Of a stretch of DNA of 46,200 nucleotides, positions 28,214-37,184 are shown in pieces (position 1 is the first letter of the stretch; each line of letters opens with the position of its first letter). The notes under the pieces were generated by a model. That model was given only the letters and a program-made list of their open reading frames with translations. It had not been told where the DNA came from and made no database searches. Origin of the DNA: Abditibacteriaceae bacterium. Lineage in GTDB: Bacteria; Armatimonadota; Abditibacteriia; Abditibacteriales; Abditibacteriaceae. Both the position numbers and the translations under genes were made by a program. The DNA lies in contig JANMKN010000300.1 in assembly GCA_031372065.1 (NCBI GenBank), positions 1-46,200 on the forward strand. Direction: 5' to 3'.

Positions 28214-28852
28214 TTATTTCGCTTTCGCTGCGAGCTTGCCAATGAGCGTCATGCGCGACTGGTAGCCCTTGGTGAAGCGGTCTTTCATGCGGTCTGGCAT
28301 GATTTTGTATTCGGTGTATTTGGTAATCGGATAAAACGGATTGTAAGTCTTGAAAAAGCCCGCCATCTTCTCGCGTTGCGCCCGAAATTCGGCCATCCGT
28401 TTGGCATCAGGCGGGCCACCCCCACCGGGGCCACCGCCCGGCCCGCCCCCGCCGGGGCCACCTTGACCGCCACCCGCGCTGCCAAAACCTTTGCGATTCT
28501 TGGCGGCGATTTTATCGAGTTCGTTTTTCTGCGTGGTCGTTAAAGCGCCGTTGAGCTTGCCATAAACGCTTTTGGCTTCGTCTTCGCTCATTTTTGGCTT
28601 GGCCTTCCACGCCGTAATGACGCCCATGATGGTCTTCGCCTGTGCTTTGGTCAAGGCTTTGGTTTTGCCTTTTTCCAGTTCGTCAATGCCGCGAAACAAT
28701 CCGCTCAAGCGTCCTTTGGCAGTGCGATTCATGCCACCGCCACCGCCTTGACCTCCGCCACCTTGCGCTTGCGCGCTGGGCATCGTGCCGGTTAGCAACG
28801 AGCCACCTGTCAGGGCCGCGCTCAGAGTCGCGGTTACAATCCACTTTTTCAT
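28214..28852 (-). CDS. Secreted basic, Gly-rich hypothetical protein
   Basis: aaggag RBS; signal peptide ending AQA-Q; two poly-Gly/Pro tracts; LTKAQAK...LTTTQK helical motifs. Confidence 0.85.
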   Translation of the reverse strand: MKKWIVTATLSAALTGGSLLTGTMPSAQAQGGGGQGGGGGMNRTAKGRLSGLFRGIDELEKGKTKALTKAQAKTIMGVITAWKAKPKMSEDEAKSVYGKLNGALTTTQKNELDKIAAKNRKGFGSAGGGQGGPGGGGPGGGPGGGGPPDAKRMAEFRAQREKMAGFFKTYNPFYPITKYTEYKIMPDRMKDRFTKGYQSRMTLIGKLAAKAK

Positions 28853-28869
28853 GTTTTCTCCTTTTGGAA

Positions 28870-29002
28870 GAGGCTCGTTATCGGTTCTAAAACGATTTTA
28901 AAACCGATAACGAGCCTCGTTGCCACTTCTAAAATGACTTTAAAACCGATAACGAGGCTCGTTGCCGCTTTTAAAACGACTTTTAAACCGTCGTTGAGGC
29001 TC
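28870..29002. repeat. Array 3 of 42-bp palindromic units (3 units, 4 linkers)
   Basis: GAG(G/C)CTC at 28870, 28912, 28954, 28996, separated by 35-bp palindromes such as gttatcggttctaaaa-cga-ttttaaaaccgataac. Confidence 0.92.
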
Positions 29003-29092
29003 AGAATCTGATTAAAAGCCTTAATTGAGAGGGCCGAGTAAGCGGTTTGTCATTCTCAGCCTACCCAAAGCGACTTTGAACCTTGAACTTGA

Positions 29093-31300
29093 TTATCGTC
29101 CTCGTCCACCGCCGCCGCCGCCGCCTACACCACCGGTGGGGCCACGCGGGGCGCCTCCACTCAAGCCGCCAGAGGGCGCGCTGGCCGTAATCGGTTCGAT
29201 GATCTGCGTGACTACGGTTTCGCCTTCTTTGAGGTTTTTGGTAATTTCGACGTTTTCATCGCCGTTCACGCCAGTTTCGACGGTGCGTGTTTCTTGATTG
29301 GTTTTTTCATAGAGCGGCTTTGTCGGGTCTTTGATAACCGTGACTTCGGTGGTGTCGCCGTTTTGTTTGACGGCTTCCGTCGGAACCGTTAAAACGTCTT
29401 CGGCGCTGGAAACTAAAAATTCGCACGTCGCGTTCATACCGGGACGCAAGCGTTCGTCCACGTCCATCGAATCAATTTCGACCTGCACATGAATGTAAGT
29501 GACGTTTTGTTCTTCGGCAGCTTGTGGGAACACTTTGCGCACTACGCCCGCTTTGGGGCTTTCTGGATAAGCGTCCATCGTGATGTCCACTTTCTGGCCT
29601 TGTTCAATGAGCGCGATGTCGGCTTCGTCCACTTGCGCATCCACATACATTCTGTCCACTTGCGCCAATTGCACAATCGCGGTGCCGCCCGAAAATCCGC
29701 TGGTGCCCGATTGAATAATCGTGCCTTCATCCACATATTTGGTGGTCACAACGCCATCGCGCGGCGAGATAACGCGCGTTTCAGCCAAGTTGGTGGCGGC
29801 GTTTTGTTGCGTTACTCTGGCACGGTCAAGTCGCGCCCGCGCTTGTTCTACAGCAGCGGCGCGCGATTGTGACGTGATGGTTTGCGTTCTCGTATTCGCA
29901 AGGGCGGCATCGGCTTGCCGCAAAGCTGCCGCTGCCGCGTTGACATCCGAACGCTTCAGCGAAATCTGCCGTGTGTTCGCCTTGGCGCTGTTTAACGCGG
30001 CTTCGGCTTGTTTGACAGAGGCAGAAGCAGCGGCGACATCGGCTTGTTTTAGTTGCACTTGCTGACGATTGGCGATGGCATCTTGCAAGTTGGCTTGCGC
30101 TTGCTGCAAGGTCGCCTGCGCGGTTTCTACGTCTTGCTGGCGCAGTGAGTCTTGAATGGAATTGGCTTTTGAGGTGGAAAGTCCGGCTTTGGCCTGATTT
30201 AAACTGCCTTGCGCCTGCTCAACGCGCGCTTTGGCATCGCGCACTTCGGAAGCCTGTTGGTCTTTGAGCGTGTCCAAAACCGCTTGCGAAGTTTGCAAGC
30301 GCGCCTTAGCCGAATCTACTGTGTTTGCCGCCGTGTCCACTTGCGATTTGGCGACGAAGCCTTTGTCCAACAAACCTTGCAAACGCTTGAGATTTAATTG
30401 CGCGATAGATACATCGGACTTGGCGCTGTTCACGTCGGCTTCGACGCGCGCTCTGGCTTGCGGCTGCGTGGCGCTTTGCAAAAGTTTCAGGCTTTCCTGT
30501 GCCGAGGAAACATTCGCTTCGGCGCTGGCAACGCTGGCTTGCGCTTGTGCGATTTGCAATTGCGTCAGTTCGGGCTGCGTTTTCGCTTGCGTTTTTGCTT
30601 GCGTCAACTTCGATTGCGCGGCTTCAACGCCGCTTTGCGCGGCAGCGACAGCGGTTTCCGAAGTCTTGCGCTGCAAACTGAGCGCTTCTTTTGTTTGTTG
30701 CAAGCGCGCTTTCGATGAATTCACCGCTTCGCTGGCTTGCCGGATGGCCGGGCCATTGGTATCGCTTTGCAACTTCAAAGATTCCTGCGCTTGCGTCAAA
30801 CGCGCTTGCGCCGCCGAAACCGATTCGCCCGCTTGATTGATTTGTGGGCCTAACGAGGCCCTTTGCTGCGCTAAATCGGCGCGCGATTGGTCAACCGCAC
30901 TTTTGGCGGCATTGGCATCGGCCTCGGCCTGCCGATAAATCGCCGAAACATCGGTGCGATCAATAATGGCGATCAGTTGGCCTTTTTTGACGCGCGTGCC
31001 TTCTTCGACGGCCATTTGAATGACCTTGCCGCCCGCTTTGCTTTTCACATCAATCAGCGTGAATGCTTGCAATTTGCCCGTCGCCGAAGCTGTTTGTTTT
31101 ACGCTGCCGCGCTCAACTTTGGCGGTTTTGACTTCTGGCTTGGCGTCGGCGTCGGCGCTTTTTGCTTTCCACGTTTTGTAGCCGAAACCCAGCAGCAGCG
31201 CCGCGCAAGCGGCAGCAATCCAGCGATTGAGACGCTGTTTTTTCTTTTTTAGCGGCGGCGTGGGCGCGGCAGGCGATGAGATAGAAACTTCAGTTGTCAT
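29093..31300 (-). CDS. Efflux periplasmic adaptor (MacA/HlyD family) with a very long coiled coil
   Basis: N-terminal TM; DVKSKAGGKV...VEEGTRVKKGQLIA and ISPRDGVV lipoyl halves; VDEADI; LRPGMNA; Gly-rich tail. Confidence 0.9.
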   Translation of the reverse strand: MTTEVSISSPAAPTPPLKKKKQRLNRWIAAACAALLLGFGYKTWKAKSADADAKPEVKTAKVERGSVKQTASATGKLQAFTLIDVKSKAGGKVIQMAVEEGTRVKKGQLIAIIDRTDVSAIYRQAEADANAAKSAVDQSRADLAQQRASLGPQINQAGESVSAAQARLTQAQESLKLQSDTNGPAIRQASEAVNSSKARLQQTKEALSLQRKTSETAVAAAQSGVEAAQSKLTQAKTQAKTQPELTQLQIAQAQASVASAEANVSSAQESLKLLQSATQPQARARVEADVNSAKSDVSIAQLNLKRLQGLLDKGFVAKSQVDTAANTVDSAKARLQTSQAVLDTLKDQQASEVRDAKARVEQAQGSLNQAKAGLSTSKANSIQDSLRQQDVETAQATLQQAQANLQDAIANRQQVQLKQADVAAASASVKQAEAALNSAKANTRQISLKRSDVNAAAAALRQADAALANTRTQTITSQSRAAAVEQARARLDRARVTQQNAATNLAETRVISPRDGVVTTKYVDEGTIIQSGTSGFSGGTAIVQLAQVDRMYVDAQVDEADIALIEQGQKVDITMDAYPESPKAGVVRKVFPQAAEEQNVTYIHVQVEIDSMDVDERLRPGMNATCEFLVSSAEDVLTVPTEAVKQNGDTTEVTVIKDPTKPLYEKTNQETRTVETGVNGDENVEITKNLKEGETVVTQIIEPITASAPSGGLSGGAPRGPTGGVGGGGGGGRGR

Positions 31301-31306
31301 GGTGTT

Positions 31307-32857
31307 TTAAGGATTCAAACCCGACCGGGCGCCGGTGGCGCGCTCCAGCGCGGCCTGAGCCAGATAATAATCGTAAAGCGACTGCACCGTGCTGATTTGT
31401 GCATTAAAAAGCTGCAATTGCGCAGTGGTAATTTCAAACGGAGTGCCCAGCCCCTGACGGTATTTTTCCTGAGCGACTTGCAAATTCGAAGTCGCCACTT
31501 CTTCGAGCGCGCGGGCCGAACCAATACGTTCGTTGGCACTGCGCGCCGTGGTATAAGCCGATTCCAAATCGGCGGCGACATCTTTGGCAAGTTGCTCATC
31601 GCGCAAACGCGTGGCTTCCAAAGTGTCTTGCGCGGCGCGGCGATTGGCGCGCAGCGAACCACCATTAAAAATCGGCACGTTCAAACCGGCGGTTAGACCG
31701 CTGGAACGGCGCGGCGAATCGAAAATGCCTACCGCCAACGAAGCATCCACCGAAATGCGCGGCTTGGCTTGGATTTTTGCCACATCCACCGAGGACTGCG
31801 CCGATTGCAAATTGGCCTGCGAAATTCTTAAATCGGGGTTGAATTTTTGCGCTTGCGCGAAGAATTCGTCAATAGCGCCTAACGCAGGCACTTCTGCGGC
31901 CACGTTTTGAATTTTCAACGCCGGGCCGCGCCCCAGACCCAGCGCATTGCGAAAATTCACTTGCGAGGTGCGCACGTTGTTTTCGGCAGTCGTCAAATTG
32001 AACTGTCGTTGACGAAGCTCGACCTGAATCGGAATTTCATCTATTTTGGCGGCGATTTCGGCTTGAATTTGTCCTTGCACCAGCGCGAGATTTTCTTGCG
32101 ACACCTTGACTTGCTGCTGCGCCAATTCCAGCAAACTCTGCTGCCGCAGCAAATCGTAATACGCGCTTGCTACATTGAACGCCACTTGCGAACGCGTTTG
32201 TCCCACGCCCGCCAACGCGGCACCGGCCTGCGCGCGGGCCACGCGCGTTTGCGCGCCGCGCAAGCCGGAATCGAAGAGATTTTGACTCAGCACCAAACTG
32301 GTGTCTGTGTTGCGATTGTTGATATTGTTACCACCGCCCGCGTTGGCGATGCTGCGATTGGAATAGCCCGATTCCACACTAAGTTGCGGCGAACCACTGG
32401 CGCGGGCCGCAGTAATGCGTTCCAGCGAACCGGCAAAACCCTGTTGCGCGGCGCCAATATCACCGTGATTCGCCAAAGCCAGAGCAATGCTGTCTTCCAA
32501 CCCCAGCGGTTTTTCCTGCGCTGGTTCTACATTCGCGCTTACTGGCCCGCCTAAAACCTGCGTGGCCCGACTGCTGGACGGCGGCACTTCAACTTTGGCG
32601 ACTACCGCTCTTGCGGCATCAGTGGAGGAAACGATAACCGGCGGTTTGATTGGTGTTTGTGCGATGATTTTCGACTTCGGAGTGGTTGACTGCGGCACAG
32701 CGATGACCGGTTTTTCGGTATCTGCCGGGGGTGCGTTTTGCGCACTGGCGTTTTGCTTGATGCAAAATGCGGCAAGCACAACCCAAAGCGAAGTCGCCCC
32801 GATAATCAACCGTTTCATGTTTAAACGTTTCATGTTCAAATTTCGCTTAGTCTCCAT
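31307..32857 (-). CDS. TolC family outer-membrane efflux protein
   Basis: LGLEDSIALALANH, LSQNLFDSG, VASAYYDLL, LNVPIFNGG, EKYRQGLGT, YDYYLAQAALERATG; start may be 32833 or 32818. Confidence 0.9.
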   Translation of the reverse strand: METKRNLNMKRLNMKRLIIGATSLWVVLAAFCIKQNASAQNAPPADTEKPVIAVPQSTTPKSKIIAQTPIKPPVIVSSTDAARAVVAKVEVPPSSSRATQVLGGPVSANVEPAQEKPLGLEDSIALALANHGDIGAAQQGFAGSLERITAARASGSPQLSVESGYSNRSIANAGGGNNINNRNTDTSLVLSQNLFDSGLRGAQTRVARAQAGAALAGVGQTRSQVAFNVASAYYDLLRQQSLLELAQQQVKVSQENLALVQGQIQAEIAAKIDEIPIQVELRQRQFNLTTAENNVRTSQVNFRNALGLGRGPALKIQNVAAEVPALGAIDEFFAQAQKFNPDLRISQANLQSAQSSVDVAKIQAKPRISVDASLAVGIFDSPRRSSGLTAGLNVPIFNGGSLRANRRAAQDTLEATRLRDEQLAKDVAADLESAYTTARSANERIGSARALEEVATSNLQVAQEKYRQGLGTPFEITTAQLQLFNAQISTVQSLYDYYLAQAALERATGARSGLNP

Positions 32858-33359
32858 GCGCCTCACTGCTCAACACGGCGGACAGCGTTTCCAGTGCCCC
32901 GACGATGGCGCGGCGTTCTTTGGCGCTGAGTGTTTCGATAACGCCACGCAAGCGTGCCAGACGGGTGGCGCGATGCTTGTCTTTGATGCGGCGGCCTTTG
33001 GGCGCCAAGGTCAAGCGCACCGCGCGCCGGTCATGCAAATCGCTTTCGCGAGACACCATTTTGGCTTTGACTAAAGCGTCTACCAACTCGCACGCCGTGC
33101 TGGGTCGCACACCGAGATGGCGGCTCAAATCGCCCATTGTGCAAGGCGCTTCGCGCGATAAAACGTGCAGACAACGCATTTGCGCGATGGTCAGCGTCAT
33201 CGCTTCGGGCTTCATTTTGCCGCCCTTGTCCATACCGGCCCGAAAAATCGCTTTGCCAGCCCGTTCCATCAGTTCCGCGATGCGTTCGGCCTCATCTTCG
33301 GACGTGGCGGCCTCTTTGGAGAGCGCCGAAGACGAAGATGCACGAGGAACTTTGGGCAT
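32847..33359 (-). CDS. MarR family transcriptional regulator
   Basis: LTIAQMRCL, MGDLSRHLGVRPSTACELVDALVKAKMVSR, DRRAVRLTL. Confidence 0.9.
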   Translation of the reverse strand: MPKVPRASSSSALSKEAATSEDEAERIAELMERAGKAIFRAGMDKGGKMKPEAMTLTIAQMRCLHVLSREAPCTMGDLSRHLGVRPSTACELVDALVKAKMVSRESDLHDRRAVRLTLAPKGRRIKDKHRATRLARLRGVIETLSAKERRAIVGALETLSAVLSSEAHGD

Positions 33360-33401
33360 GAAACTTTGTAAAGGCAAAGCCGTTTTTGATTTTGATAAGG
33401 C

Positions 33402-33450
33402 TTCCGAATAATTCGGTTTCCGAACGATTATGAAGTATTATAAATAATCG
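33402..33450. promoter_or_regulatory. Putative MarR operator(s) in the divergent promoter region
   Basis: Overlapping dyads ccgaat-a-attcgg and ttcgg-ttt-ccgaa, plus cgattat...ataatcg, in an AT-rich stretch just upstream of marR. Confidence 0.45.
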
Positions 33451-33631
33451 TAACAAGATTTGGTGGCAGCAATTGCCAAGATTTTGCAAAGATTTGTTAA
33501 GTGTGTGGTCTGACAATTGCCGTTAAGGACGTGGCACGCTAAAGTAGCCAAAAGAGCCTTCGCGAATAACACTGTTGTCTAACGCGCTCCGCACGCCAAC
33601 AAAGAGCAAACGAAGATCGAAAGAAGAAGCC

Positions 33632-36103
33632 ATGCCCGCAGCCGAATTACTAACCACGTCTAAAATCTTGAAGAAAAACTCTGGAACATCACCGCGCAAC
33701 GACGGCGAATTATCGCCCGCTGTGCGTGAACAGTTGGCGACGATGGGACTTGACTTGCGCTTTCCCGCGCCACCCGTCGCGCTTGATGAATTAACGAAGC
33801 TAAATGGCGTGGCTGTTCAGCCGAATGGTCATGCTAATGGTCACGCCAACGGCGCGGCGCCCGCAGCAAAAGCGGATGCCGAAGAGGAACCAAATGCCAT
33901 TTTAGCGCACAGCGATTTGGATAAAGCGGGCTTATGGGGCGAGCGTTATTTAGTCGTCACGCCCGAACGCCTTTTGGTTTTCACGCAGGAAAAAGACAGC
34001 GCGCAACTGGAACTGGATGTGCTGCTGCAAGATGTCATTCAAACCGAAGTCAAAAACTTGGTTGGCAATGTGACGCTTGAAGCGCGCGTCAAAGAAGAAC
34101 GTGGCGGCGCGCCGCGCGAACGCGTGGTCGAAGTTTTGCGCGCCTCGAATACTTATTCCAAAGATTTGGCGCGTGTGACGCGGCAAATCGAACACTTAAA
34201 AGAACACGGCACGCCCGGCCACGCTGGAGAAGACGCACGAGGCCAATTAAAGAATTGTCCCAATTGCGGGCGGCGCCTGCCGCACGATTCGCAAGTGTGC
34301 CCCTTCTGCGTGAATCGCTTGCAGGCTTTGCGGCGCTTGTTCGCTTACATTGGCCCTTATAAATGGATTGCGGTGCTGTCGGGCGTGATTAGTCTGGCAA
34401 CAACGGCGCTGTCTTTTGTACCACAAGTTGTTACGAAAAATTTAGTTGACAAAGTTTTTCCGCCGCACGGTTCGCCTGCGGCGGCTTCGGCACTGTCCAC
34501 CAGTGATGGACGCTGGCTGCTGACCGAATTAGTGGGTTTGATTGTGATGTCGTCGCTCCTCGAAACCGGCATGAATATGTCGCGCGGGCGCATCGCGGCC
34601 TTTCTCGGTTCGCGCATTTTGCATGATGTGCGCACCGAGGTTTACGCGCAGTTGCAGCGTTTATCGCTGGCGTTTTACGACAAACGCGAAATCGGCGCCG
34701 TAATGAGCCGCGTGCAAAACGACGTGGGAATGTTACAAAACTTCCTGCTCGACGCAGCGGAAAACATCATCATTTCCACGCTCACGATTACGACGGTGGT
34801 CGTTATTATGTTTTATTTCAGCCCGATTTTGGCAGTCGCGGCGTTGTTGCCGGTGCCCTTTGTGGTCGTCGGCACCAATACTTATTGGCGCGGCCTGATG
34901 AAATTGTGGCGTCGTGTGTGGCATCAGAACTCGCGTCTGGGAGCGCGTTTGGCCGATAGTTTGGGCGGCGTGCGCGTGGTGCGCGCTTTTGCCGGTGAAA
35001 AGCGTGAAGTCGAAAAATTCGCCAGCAAAAGCGGCGAACTGCGCGATGCCACCATTCGCGTTGAGCAAAAAGCCTCCACGTTTTATCCGACGATGGGCTT
35101 CGTTATGGGCCTTGGCTTGCCGATGACGTGGTATATCGGCGGCAATCAGGTGTTGGATAATGTCCTGACCTTGGGCACGTTGTTTTTGTTTATGTCGCTG
35201 TTAGGCCGCCTTTATGGGCCGGTGCAACAATTAACGCGCCTCGTCAATTTCACCACGCGCGCTATGACGGCTGCCGAGCGCGTTTTTGAAATTCTGGATA
35301 TGGCGCCGGAAATTGTAGATCAGTCCAATGCGCGCCCGATGCCGCATCTTGAAGGCAAGGTTGAATTCAAAGATGTGACTTTCGGTTACGACAAGCATCG
35401 TCCAGTTTTGAAAGGCGTGGATTTGCAAGTTGAGCAGGGCGAAATGATCGGCCTTGTCGGACATAGCGGCGCCGGAAAAAGCACTTTAATCAATTTACTG
35501 ATGCGCTTCTACGATGTGGACGGCGGTGCGATTTTAGTGGACGGCGTGGACTTGCGCGACATTCTGCGCGACGATGTGCGCCGTCAAATCGGCGTGGTTT
35601 TGCAGGAGCCATATCTGTTTCACGGCACGGTTTTCGACAATATCGCCTACGGCAAGCCGGACGCCACGCCCGGCGAAGTGATGGCAGCGGCCAAAGCCGC
35701 CTACGCGCACGATTTCATTGTCGGTTTCGCCGATGGCTACGACACCATCGTTGGCGAACGCGGCACGCGCTTGTCGGGCGGCGAACGCCAGCGCATTTCC
35801 ATCGCCCGCGCCATTTTGCACGACCCGCGCATTTTGATTTTGGACGAAGCGACGGCCAGCGTGGACACACAAACCGAACAGCAGATTCAAAATGCCTTGA
35901 AAAATCTCGTGCAAGGCCGCACCGTTTTCGCAATCGCGCACCGTCTTAGCACTTTGCGCAACGCCAACCGCCTCGTCGTAATGGAAAACGGTAAAATCGC
36001 CGAAATTGGCACGCACGATGAACTTCTCGATAAGCGCGGCGTGTTCTACAAACTCGTCAACGCCCAAAAAGCCATGAACGAAATCACAGCGGTTGGCGGG
36101 TAA
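33632..36103 (+). CDS. Fused ABC exporter (TMD+NBD) with long N-terminal extension including a Zn ribbon
   Basis: CPNC...CPFC before the TMD; GHSGAGKST, LSGGERQRISIARA, ILDEATASVD, IAHRLSTL; start 33632 or 33575. Confidence 0.92.
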   Translation: MPAAELLTTSKILKKNSGTSPRNDGELSPAVREQLATMGLDLRFPAPPVALDELTKLNGVAVQPNGHANGHANGAAPAAKADAEEEPNAILAHSDLDKAGLWGERYLVVTPERLLVFTQEKDSAQLELDVLLQDVIQTEVKNLVGNVTLEARVKEERGGAPRERVVEVLRASNTYSKDLARVTRQIEHLKEHGTPGHAGEDARGQLKNCPNCGRRLPHDSQVCPFCVNRLQALRRLFAYIGPYKWIAVLSGVISLATTALSFVPQVVTKNLVDKVFPPHGSPAAASALSTSDGRWLLTELVGLIVMSSLLETGMNMSRGRIAAFLGSRILHDVRTEVYAQLQRLSLAFYDKREIGAVMSRVQNDVGMLQNFLLDAAENIIISTLTITTVVVIMFYFSPILAVAALLPVPFVVVGTNTYWRGLMKLWRRVWHQNSRLGARLADSLGGVRVVRAFAGEKREVEKFASKSGELRDATIRVEQKASTFYPTMGFVMGLGLPMTWYIGGNQVLDNVLTLGTLFLFMSLLGRLYGPVQQLTRLVNFTTRAMTAAERVFEILDMAPEIVDQSNARPMPHLEGKVEFKDVTFGYDKHRPVLKGVDLQVEQGEMIGLVGHSGAGKSTLINLLMRFYDVDGGAILVDGVDLRDILRDDVRRQIGVVLQEPYLFHGTVFDNIAYGKPDATPGEVMAAAKAAYAHDFIVGFADGYDTIVGERGTRLSGGERQRISIARAILHDPRILILDEATASVDTQTEQQIQNALKNLVQGRTVFAIAHRLSTLRNANRLVVMENGKIAEIGTHDELLDKRGVFYKLVNAQKAMNEITAVGG

Positions 36104-36109
36104 ACTGTA

Positions 36110-36583
36110 TTGTGGAGGTTCAACGTGAAATCCATCTGCCTCAACAAGACAATTAAGCACGCGATGGGCTGGAGCATTCCACTATTCGTTGGTTTGCTTT
36201 GTCTTTGGCACTCGTTGACAAAACCCATTGACTTCAACTTAGGTTCATTTCCGGCCCTTGACCCACCGGCGTCAACAGGTAGTCATGCCGCTCTTGTCAG
36301 GTTGAATCGCGAATTAACGGCACATCCTTACTCCAAACGGATTACGGTGCGTTATTCGGCACCTGTCATTGGTTGCCCGCCCCCGTTTCCTACACCTCGA
36401 TTTCCAATGGGACAGTGGCGATGGGAATACACGCCCCAAACGACCACTTTAATTAAGCATCTTAGCAACGCATCGGGTTCTCAGTGTGAAACTGTAAGCC
36501 CTCAAGCCATATCTACTGTAGTGGGTCTACCTATCGGCACAATGGAATCCCTCAAAGACTTCTGCGGATGCGAGAAAAAGTAG
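36110..36583 (+). CDS. Hypothetical protein (start uncertain)
   Basis: 157-aa ORF filling the gap; hydrophobic N-terminal segment; atypical composition. Confidence 0.45.
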   Translation: MWRFNVKSICLNKTIKHAMGWSIPLFVGLLCLWHSLTKPIDFNLGSFPALDPPASTGSHAALVRLNRELTAHPYSKRITVRYSAPVIGCPPPFPTPRFPMGQWRWEYTPQTTTLIKHLSNASGSQCETVSPQAISTVVGLPIGTMESLKDFCGCEKK

Positions 36584-36641
36584 CTACCGCCCAGCATTCC
36601 ATGATCGAAATCACCTCAGTTGGCAAATAAAAGGAACATAA

Positions 36642-37178
36642 ATGCGACGAATTTATGGAATCGGCTTGCTGATTCCGATGATGCTGTTTGGGTGCAACAA
36701 AAAAGATACGGTGGCGACGGAAAATGCGGCGAATTCGGCCAGTAGCATCAAGGCGCCATCCATTGATTCGGTGGAAATGAAGCGCATGATGCAGGCTAAA
36801 AGCCGCGTTATTGTGGCGCTGCAAAAAGCGCACGCCACCTTGCCGAACTTCATCAAAACGCTGCAAAAGCCCAAGCCTTCACAGTCGCAGTTTTCCATCA
36901 AATGCGCCGTGTCCGACCAAGGCCAAAAACGCCATGTATGGATTGATGACATAACCTTCGATGGCAAGAAATTTCACGGCAAATTGGGCAATCGTCTGAT
37001 GGATAAAAACACCAAACCCGGCAATAAAGTCGAAGTCGCGCCGGATGGCGTTTCCGATTGGATGTATATCGAAAATCACAAATTGATCGGTGGTTACACT
37101 TTGCGCGCTATGCGCGATAGCCTTTCGCCGCAAGAGAAAAAAGAGTTCGACAAAAGTTTGACGTTCGCCGTGCATTAA
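36642..37178 (+). CDS. DUF2314 (YegJ-like) lipoprotein
   Basis: aagga RBS; lipobox LFGC; HVWI, GKLGN, VSDWMY...KLIGGYTLR. Confidence 0.85.
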   Translation: MRRIYGIGLLIPMMLFGCNKKDTVATENAANSASSIKAPSIDSVEMKRMMQAKSRVIVALQKAHATLPNFIKTLQKPKPSQSQFSIKCAVSDQGQKRHVWIDDITFDGKKFHGKLGNRLMDKNTKPGNKVEVAPDGVSDWMYIENHKLIGGYTLRAMRDSLSPQEKKEFDKSLTFAVH

Positions 37179-37184
37179 AACTGC

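Noticed and set aside
32804..32836. Short direct duplication at the TolC 5' end (NMKRL twice)
   Set aside because: A single 15-nt duplication in a signal-peptide region; it only makes the start codon ambiguous.
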